A program made the translations under genes and the position numbers. Shown piece by piece: positions 57,669 to 64,000 of a stretch of DNA of 64,000 nucleotides; within the stretch, counting starts at the first letter, position 1, and each line of letters opens with the position of its first letter. The notes beneath the pieces were generated by a model. The model made no database searches, had not been told where the DNA came from, and saw nothing but the letters and a program-made list of their open reading frames with translations. The DNA lies in the IMG/VR virus record IMGVR_UViG_3300049846_000628, positions 1 to 64,000 of that record, one strand, 5' to 3'.

Positions 57669-58592
57669 CTACACAAATCTTGCTACTGTTCGTCCCCCAA
57701 GTGGATTTATAGTTATTCTAGCACCTTTTATGCCGTGATCACTTCTATCTCCCTTATAAACAGCCAATAATATTGGTTCGTACCCACCAGTTATCCTTTC
57801 ACCGTTGTTCATTTTGTGACCAGAAGATGTAAGTTCATAATATGTTCCTCTCTTTATAATATTCAATGTTCCCTGCATTGTTACATCTACATTATTTTCA
57901 CCAACAGGTCCACCATAATCTTTACCATAGACTGCTAGTTTTTTCAACATTTCATCTTGAATTTTTCTACCAACTGTCGTTGCTGGTGGAATTCCATTTG
58001 GAAACATTTCACGCAATGTGTTTATGAACGCTTGAGTTTCTGGGTGATTATAAATCGTGGGTTCAACTCTCAATGAAGTTCCTGCCCATTGTTGAAACCC
58101 TCTTGGTCCAGATCCTGCCTTATGAGATACGTGCCCAACATATCCATTCTGACCTAAGAAATGAAAATCACACTTTGGAGTTCCTGGAGTGCTTTCACAA
58201 AGTCCAGCCTGATATGTATTTTTTCCAACCTTTAAGGGTATAAAATCACTACCAGAAGAATCCATTATCTTCTTTAACTGCGTATTTAATCTTGCAATTT
58301 CAGCATCTTCTTGTGCCGTTGTTGCCTGTGTTCTACCAGAAAATTCAGAATCTTTGTATAGTTCTGTAAGTCTTATATTCTGACCATTTTCAGTAAGCAG
58401 AACAATAGATTGACCCTGCTTAAATTTATTAAAACTAGTAATATTGGTCAACTCTTTAAGAATTGATTTACTTAACTTTATACCCTTTCCATTTCCATTA
58501 TCTAATTTAAATTCTTTACCGTTACGGATTCTAGACAGAAAAATATTAAAATTATTTCTTTTCCCAAGTTCTGCTACTGATAAAGAAGCCAT
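57669..58592 (-). CDS. Hypothetical protein, possibly restriction-like PD-(D/E)xK nuclease
   Basis: PKCDF...VSHK..GFQQW motif. Confidence 0.45.
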   Translation of the reverse strand: MASLSVAELGKRNNFNIFLSRIRNGKEFKLDNGNGKGIKLSKSILKELTNITSFNKFKQGQSIVLLTENGQNIRLTELYKDSEFSGRTQATTAQEDAEIARLNTQLKKIMDSSGSDFIPLKVGKNTYQAGLCESTPGTPKCDFHFLGQNGYVGHVSHKAGSGPRGFQQWAGTSLRVEPTIYNHPETQAFINTLREMFPNGIPPATTVGRKIQDEMLKKLAVYGKDYGGPVGENNVDVTMQGTLNIIKRGTYYELTSSGHKMNNGERITGGYEPILLAVYKGDRSDHGIKGARITINPLGGRTVARFV

Positions 58593-58608
58593 TTTTATTT
58601 TTATTTAG

Positions 58609-58681
58609 TACCCGTGAGAAGATTCGAACTTCCACTGTATGGATTCTAAGTCCACCCTCTCTACCGTTGGAGTACACGGGC
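58609..58681 (-). tRNA. tRNA-Leu(TAG), short variable arm
   Basis: GTGGA-CTTAGAA-TCCAT; 73 nt. Confidence 0.85.
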
Positions 58682-58685
58682 AAAG

Positions 58686-58758
58686 TGGAGAATAGGAGAC
58701 TCGAACTCCTGACACCCGCCTTGCAAAGGCGATGCTCTACCAACTGAGCTAATTCCCC
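58686..58758 (-). tRNA. tRNA-Ala(TGC)
   Basis: G3.U70 pair; TCGCC-TTTGCAA-GGCGG. Confidence 0.95.
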
Positions 58759-58773
58759 AAGAAAAGAATTATA

Positions 58774-59178
58774 TCACCTAATGGGCATCAGGTCAAATAA
58801 TTCTGGATGAATTGATCCATATTTTCTCATAATTTCACCCGCCTTAGCATTCGCCTGATTTTCAGTAGGACTACCTGCTTTAGGACTTCTATCTACACCC
58901 TTCTCCATATGTTGTTTATAATGAACAAATTCGTGAGCAAGGGTTCTAAAAATGTCCATTGGATGACGATTAACAATGCTCAAATGAATTACATTTTCTT
59001 TTGAGATTACACCAAATGCTGCAATACTTTTAGCAAAGTCAACATCATCCATAAGAATGATTGGAATATCATAAGTAAGTTGAAGTTCCCGCTTAAGGAA
59101 GATCAAGAACCTTTTGAGCATTACTTCAAATTGAACTCTTGTAGTTGGTCTTCCTTTTCTTTTACCAATCAAAGACAT
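58774..59178 (-). CDS. HExxH metallopeptidase-like protein
   Basis: RTLAHEFVH...ENQANA. Confidence 0.6.
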   Translation of the reverse strand: MSLIGKRKGRPTTRVQFEVMLKRFLIFLKRELQLTYDIPIILMDDVDFAKSIAAFGVISKENVIHLSIVNRHPMDIFRTLAHEFVHYKQHMEKGVDRSPKAGSPTENQANAKAGEIMRKYGSIHPELFDLMPIR

Positions 59179-59193
59179 TTTTTAAAATATTTA

Positions 59194-59379
59194 TTATACA
59201 CCAAGAACGGCACCAAGATTATCATCAATATCTTGAATAACAGCACGAATATCAGTAATGCGAGGAGGTATACTCACTTCATCGTAAGTATATCCCCTTT
59301 GTGCTTCAAAAAGAATTTGACGAACTGCAGCAGCACTGCGGGCATTCATTTTAAGAGTTACTTGTTTTTCTTTAGTCAT
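59194..59379 (-). CDS. Hypothetical protein
   Basis: ORF track. Confidence 0.6.
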   Translation of the reverse strand: MTKEKQVTLKMNARSAAAVRQILFEAQRGYTYDEVSIPPRITDIRAVIQDIDDNLGAVLGV

Positions 59380-59792
59380 CGGTCATCAGCAGCACGGTTT
59401 TCAGAGAAGTAAACATCAAAGGCACCTTCAGGATAACGCTTGAGAAGTTTTTGCACATTACGGGCAACGACATCATCAAGAGTAACGTCCAGAGCCATAC
59501 AGGCTTGTGCAACATACCACATAATATCACCCAGTTCGATAATCAGGTGCTCACGATTATCTTCATTGTAAGGTTTGCCTTGGAACACCATCTTTTTGAC
59601 GATTTCCATAAACTCACCACCTTCGGCATTGATACCAACAGCAGCAGTCAGGAGTCGCTCAATGTTTGCACCTTTCTCATCAAGGGCAACCAGGCGATCA
59701 GACAGAGCAAGGAAGTCTTTGGATGCATCAGAAGTTACGGCATCCACAAACTCAGCATACTTATCAAAATCTACGTGTTTAGCAGTTTCCAT
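59376..59792 (-). CDS. mazG: MazG-like pyrophosphohydrolase
   Basis: EGGEFMEIVKK...ELGDIMWY. Confidence 0.9.
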   Translation of the reverse strand: METAKHVDFDKYAEFVDAVTSDASKDFLALSDRLVALDEKGANIERLLTAAVGINAEGGEFMEIVKKMVFQGKPYNEDNREHLIIELGDIMWYVAQACMALDVTLDDVVARNVQKLLKRYPEGAFDVYFSENRAADDR

Positions 59793-61171
59793 TAAAATTT
59801 AAATCCTTCGAACGACTTTTTAGGTTTTTTGTCTTCATAATCATTATACTCGTCATCTTGTCCAGAGTCAAGTATATCTTTTTGTGCAGACTGTTCACAA
59901 TCATACAGTCTCATTTTAGCACGGTCAATACCCACAATAAAACGCTTGTAAATCGTGGGATCATTATAGCGGTTCTTTAGTTGCTTCACCATAATCTGTC
60001 CCAACCCCTCAAGCTCTTCAGTGCTAATAAGGGCAAACATAAGATCAGCAGTAGCAGGGAGACCAAAGGATTCAGAAGTATCAGTAAGTTCAACATCGCT
60101 ATTGCCGTAACCTGAACGAGTGGTCTGAGTAGCGGAGACAATTGGGACATTAAACTCCACGGCGAGTCCTCTAAGTTCCTCCGCAATTGCTTTAATATAT
60201 GAATATGAATTGACAGAAAGGTTTGACTTATACCTGCTGGAAGCACATATATTAAGGTAATCAATGAAAATAATATCAGGTCTAAATGACTTCTTAAGTG
60301 AAAGTTCATTGAGAAGTGCCTTGAAATGTCCACTATGTGCTGATGCAGTAGGATACTCCTTAATTATAAGTGTGCCTTGAGTTTTTTTAGCAAGACTTGT
60401 AACCTTATTCTCAAACATCTGGCGAGGAAGATCTACCAATTGCTGAATGGGTACATTCAGAAGGTTTGCGTCAATTCTTTCAGCAATTCGCTCTTCCGCC
60501 ATTTCAAGCGTAATGTACAGAACGTTCCGTCCCTGGAGCAAGACGGAGCTAGCCACATGGCACATGAATAGAGACTTCCCGACACCCGTACCAGCAAGAG
60601 CGATGTTAAGAGTTTTGTTAGGGATCCCACCTTTCGTAATTTTATTAAAATACTCAAGATCAAATTCAATCTTGTCTTCTTGCCTGTGGTAAAACTCATA
60701 TCGTTCTTCATAGTTTTGTAAGTAGTCGTGTCCAATATTGTTATCAAAAGATACCGCTAGGGCATCAGAAAGAATGCTAGGAATCGCATCACGATTTTTC
60801 TTCTCACTATTTCCATCGGCAATATGGATAGATTCCATAAGAGCCAGGTAGATAGCACGATCCCTACACCACTTTTCAGTGGTATCAAGCAACCACTGTT
60901 TATCTACAGGAGAATCATTCAAAGAAGCACTGATAGATCTAATCTCTTTAATTTGATCTTCAGTTAGATCTGTACGATTCTCTACTTCAATGCTGAGTGC
61001 TTCAATTGTGATTGCCGAACCATATTTAACAATGAACTGTACAATCTCCTCAAAAATGATCTTTTCCGTCTTTTGCTCAAAATAATCTGGTTGAATGAAA
61101 GGTATGACCTTGCGCGAGTAGTCTTCATTGTAAATTAGATTCCTGAGAATAGTGGTTTCAATTCTTTCCAT
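59792..61171 (-). CDS. Replicative helicase (T4 gp41-like)
   Basis: AGTGVGKS; IFIDYL; SESFGLPATAD. Confidence 0.96.
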   Translation of the reverse strand: MERIETTILRNLIYNEDYSRKVIPFIQPDYFEQKTEKIIFEEIVQFIVKYGSAITIEALSIEVENRTDLTEDQIKEIRSISASLNDSPVDKQWLLDTTEKWCRDRAIYLALMESIHIADGNSEKKNRDAIPSILSDALAVSFDNNIGHDYLQNYEERYEFYHRQEDKIEFDLEYFNKITKGGIPNKTLNIALAGTGVGKSLFMCHVASSVLLQGRNVLYITLEMAEERIAERIDANLLNVPIQQLVDLPRQMFENKVTSLAKKTQGTLIIKEYPTASAHSGHFKALLNELSLKKSFRPDIIFIDYLNICASSRYKSNLSVNSYSYIKAIAEELRGLAVEFNVPIVSATQTTRSGYGNSDVELTDTSESFGLPATADLMFALISTEELEGLGQIMVKQLKNRYNDPTIYKRFIVGIDRAKMRLYDCEQSAQKDILDSGQDDEYNDYEDKKPKKSFEGFKF

Positions 61172-61728
61172 TACTTATAATGCAGGTAGGCACTCATAAT
61201 ATATTTTGGAGAACTTATAGGAGGCTCTCCATAATGCGGATACATCCAAAGAGGAGGGAACATTATAAGAGTTCCCTTCTTCGGTTTAATGATTAAATCT
61301 TTAAAGACAGTGTTTCCTCCAGAATCAACATCATTCAAATACCACATAAAGGATAAAAACCTTCTAGCAGAAGAGTAATCAACAACATCTACGTGCGTAT
61401 CAAAACGATCTTCACCACCAGGATTATACTTCTTTATGCGAAATTGTTCAAGGGCGTGTTCTTGAGGAAAAACTCTAGGGTCAATAAATTCATAATACTT
61501 ATCACGATATTCAAATATCTTACCGATAATGTGATTATGAACTTTGCTAACTTCTGAAGTTAATTCTCTATTTTCTGTTAAATTAAATTGAGTGAAATTT
61601 GGCTTTCCTTCATTATCATAACGTTCGTGTTTATCAGAAACTTGGTCAAACAAAGAAATTAAAAAGTCACAAATTTCTGGTTCCAATGAATTCTCATAAA
61701 CACGAATGAGATCATTTAATTCATCCAT
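61171..61728 (-). CDS. 2OG-Fe(II) oxygenase
   Basis: HVD..YLND..GG.T..FPP.W.YPH..KY. Confidence 0.88.
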   Translation of the reverse strand: MDELNDLIRVYENSLEPEICDFLISLFDQVSDKHERYDNEGKPNFTQFNLTENRELTSEVSKVHNHIIGKIFEYRDKYYEFIDPRVFPQEHALEQFRIKKYNPGGEDRFDTHVDVVDYSSARRFLSFMWYLNDVDSGGNTVFKDLIIKPKKGTLIMFPPLWMYPHYGEPPISSPKYIMSAYLHYK

Positions 61729-62722
61729 AAGAAAACTGTTCTTTTGCCGAAGCATCAAGTTGTTGCATTACTTCTTCAGTAAAATACTGATCGGGATTTT
61801 TTAAGATCTCTTTTGCGTAAAGTTTTTTACCATTGATCTCATAACGCCCCGCAACATTTTTCCAGAGTCCGCCGAGTTCCCCGAGTTCCAAAAGACCATA
61901 ATACCGATCAAGACCGCGCTCATCATAAAATAGACGGACTTCAACTTGTTGATTCTCCTTACTCAAACGCGACTTAGCAGTCTTTGCCTTAATAATGTTT
62001 CCGACAACTTCCTTTCCATCTTTTTCTTTTGACTTACTAAGATATATGATAGTAGAAGCGGCGTACTTAAGACCGCTACCACCACCCATCTCCTTTGTAG
62101 GAACATAAGCACCGATAACATCATAAGTATGGTTGGTAACAATCATAGGAATGTTTGCCTGCCCCAACTTCAAAGTGAGCATACGGAAAGCACCTTTCAC
62201 AAGTTGCGATTTAGTCATATCACGAACTTGCTTGTCGTTGAGTGCGTCAGTAATTTCTTTCTCAGTTGAAAGCATACCCAAAGAATCCAACACAAACATA
62301 CAAGGTTTGCGTTCACCTTCAGGTTTCTTAAGGTAAATATCCACCGCTTTGAGTGCCTTACCACGGAACTCTTCTACGGTGACAACATTAACCACGACAA
62401 GACGAGATGTGTCGATGCCGCGTGACTCCAAGAGTGATTTGGTAATAGCGGCTTCAGTATCAAAGTAGAGACAATACCCATCGGGGTTATTATCAAGAAA
62501 ATTCTTAACCACGGCGAGAGAGAAAAAAGTTTTTCCAGTAGAAGACTCTCCAGCAATAGCAGTAATCTTATTCCCAGATACGCCGCCAAATATGCTACCT
62601 GAAACCAGTGCATTAAAAATGTATGAACCCGTATCAACATAAGTCTCAGTCTCATCAATATCAGATGCTAGTTTGGTGTACTCTCCACCAACTTCTTTTA
62701 CAATTTCTTTAAGAAAATCCAT
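61721..62722 (-). CDS. uvsX: RecA-like recombinase
   Basis: AGESSTGKT; VLDSLG; MGGGSGLKYAAS. Confidence 0.95.
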   Translation of the reverse strand: MDFLKEIVKEVGGEYTKLASDIDETETYVDTGSYIFNALVSGSIFGGVSGNKITAIAGESSTGKTFFSLAVVKNFLDNNPDGYCLYFDTEAAITKSLLESRGIDTSRLVVVNVVTVEEFRGKALKAVDIYLKKPEGERKPCMFVLDSLGMLSTEKEITDALNDKQVRDMTKSQLVKGAFRMLTLKLGQANIPMIVTNHTYDVIGAYVPTKEMGGGSGLKYAASTIIYLSKSKEKDGKEVVGNIIKAKTAKSRLSKENQQVEVRLFYDERGLDRYYGLLELGELGGLWKNVAGRYEINGKKLYAKEILKNPDQYFTEEVMQQLDASAKEQFSYG

Positions 62723-64000
62723 TAGGCAAAAAATAAATCAAGGTTTACAGTTTTTTCTACGTTCCATCCAATTGAATCAAGAATTGATTTCAATGGATCC
62801 ACAAAACTCTTTTCAAATTGTAGTTCATAGTCAATGTATTTGTCAAGACCAAGTTCTTTTGGAAAATCTTGGATGAAAGAAATTACATTCTCCTGAATTA
62901 TATTTGGTTTTTTCAAGAAAATGAACTTGACTTTCTCGCCATTATTAATAAGTGAATATTTATTAGTCAGTTTTTTCTCCTTTATATAATGATTAAAGAG
63001 AAGTGCTCCACGAATATGAATGGGAGTTTTGGGGGCATAAATTGTTGATGATGCTTGATACTTCCTAACATCAGAAGCAGTTCTTGGAAAAGCAATTTGT
63101 TCTGGAGGAAGTGCTTTAAATTCTTTACGACATTTTTCAATAAAGTCAATTACATCTTCTTCAGTTCCACTCATCATAAGTTTTAACCCATCCTTAATCA
63201 TTTGGCGACAAGGAGCTGGGGTTGATGATTTGACTGCCTCAATACCCATCATCTTCAGTTTGGGTTCTTCATACCGAACACCTTCACTATCCCACACGTT
63301 CAGAATGTAACGCTTTTTAGCAGTCCAGATTCCACGCTCAGCAATATTCTCACGCTTCATCTGCATCTTCTGATCGTATGCATTCACATACTCAGCCAGT
63401 TCTTGGTAGCAACTCTCAATATACTTCTCAAGTTCCACCTGACAGATCTTATCAAGGAACGAAACAACGCCTTCAGTAGTTTTCTCTCTTCCTTCGTATA
63501 CACGGTCAACCAAAGGACCCATATTGAGGTAGATAGAATCAGTATCTGAAGCAATAACATAATCAACTCCATCAGTTTTGAGAATCTTGTTTAGATAGGC
63601 ATTCATCTTGTTCTCAATCCAACGAATAGAAACCTGACCAGACAAGGTGATTGCCTCAGCATTTGCTAGTTTGTAATAACGGAAATACTGATTGCCGATA
63701 GCACCATAAGCAGAGTTAAGTTGAATCTTCCTCGCCATTTGGATGTTGTTGCACCGAGCAATCTCTTTTTCCAATTCCTTTGTCTTTTTCTTTTCATACT
63801 CTTGCTTTGCTACAAGCATTTTCTTTTTGTAGATGGTGCGATCTTCATAAATTTTTTGCATTAGTTCTGGAAGGAATCCACGAACATCCTTTCGGAACAT
63901 TGCACCATTCGCACAAACTGCCTTATCCTTATACAGTTCAAATGTAATTTCTTGATTAAGAATCTTATCAACAGTTACATTTGGATGCCTTTCCTCCAGA
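62722..64000 (-). CDS. Family B DNA polymerase (T4 gp43-like), C-terminal part; start lies beyond the window
   Basis: KIQLNSAYG; SDTDS; frame open to the window end. Confidence 0.97.
   Translation of the reverse strand, partial: LEERHPNVTVDKILNQEITFELYKDKAVCANGAMFRKDVRGFLPELMQKIYEDRTIYKKKMLVAKQEYEKKKTKELEKEIARCNNIQMARKIQLNSAYGAIGNQYFRYYKLANAEAITLSGQVSIRWIENKMNAYLNKILKTDGVDYVIASDTDSIYLNMGPLVDRVYEGREKTTEGVVSFLDKICQVELEKYIESCYQELAEYVNAYDQKMQMKRENIAERGIWTAKKRYILNVWDSEGVRYEEPKLKMMGIEAVKSSTPAPCRQMIKDGLKLMMSGTEEDVIDFIEKCRKEFKALPPEQIAFPRTASDVRKYQASSTIYAPKTPIHIRGALLFNHYIKEKKLTNKYSLINNGEKVKFIFLKKPNIIQENVISFIQDFPKELGLDKYIDYELQFEKSFVDPLKSILDSIGWNVEKTVNLDLFFA

Noticed and set aside
58609-58681. Amber-suppressor tRNA or stop-codon recoding
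   Set aside because: The anticodon is UAG (reads CUA), not CUA; TAG serves as a normal stop (e.g. 25919, 26210) and core genes are uninterrupted
48503-64000. Inteins or introns in nrdA, nrdB, primase, gp41, uvsX and gp43
   Set aside because: Lengths are normal and no insertion or splicing motifs are visible in the sequenced parts

Overview
This is a 64-kb segment of a T4-like cyanomyovirus (Kyanoviridae-like; AT-rich, probably freshwater), coded almost entirely on the minus strand. In window order it contains: virion/tail-fibre genes (1-3.3 kb); a photosynthesis island (psbD, intron-split psbA, two hli, petF, peroxiredoxin) with five free-standing endonuclease genes (3.3-13.5 kb); a 12-kb GDP-sugar/glycosyltransferase cluster (13.6-25.7 kb); a structured-RNA/tRNA region with Dps, pstS and a cyanobacterial porin (25.8-33.7 kb); lysis and secreted-protein genes (33.7-44 kb); and the core replication block (nrdB, nrdA, primase, mazG, gp41, uvsX, partial gp43). 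Nine tRNAs and one group I intron were read directly from the sequence. The most striking observation is a recurring architecture seen three times (psbD, a lysozyme gene, nrdB). Each time an endonuclease-plus-cargo insertion sits beside a divergent copy of one end of the target gene, and a second copy of that end is stranded as an orphan fragment on the far side; for psbD and the lysozyme the orphan is the more canonical copy. Other highlights: the NrdB C-terminal tail has Gln instead of the essential Glu350; an apparently complete GDP-colitose pathway; start-proximal hairpins enclosing late promoters upstream of most endonucleases; and a manA-like structured RNA with an ORF inside it. All family assignments are by motif recognition and recollection; no database searches were run.
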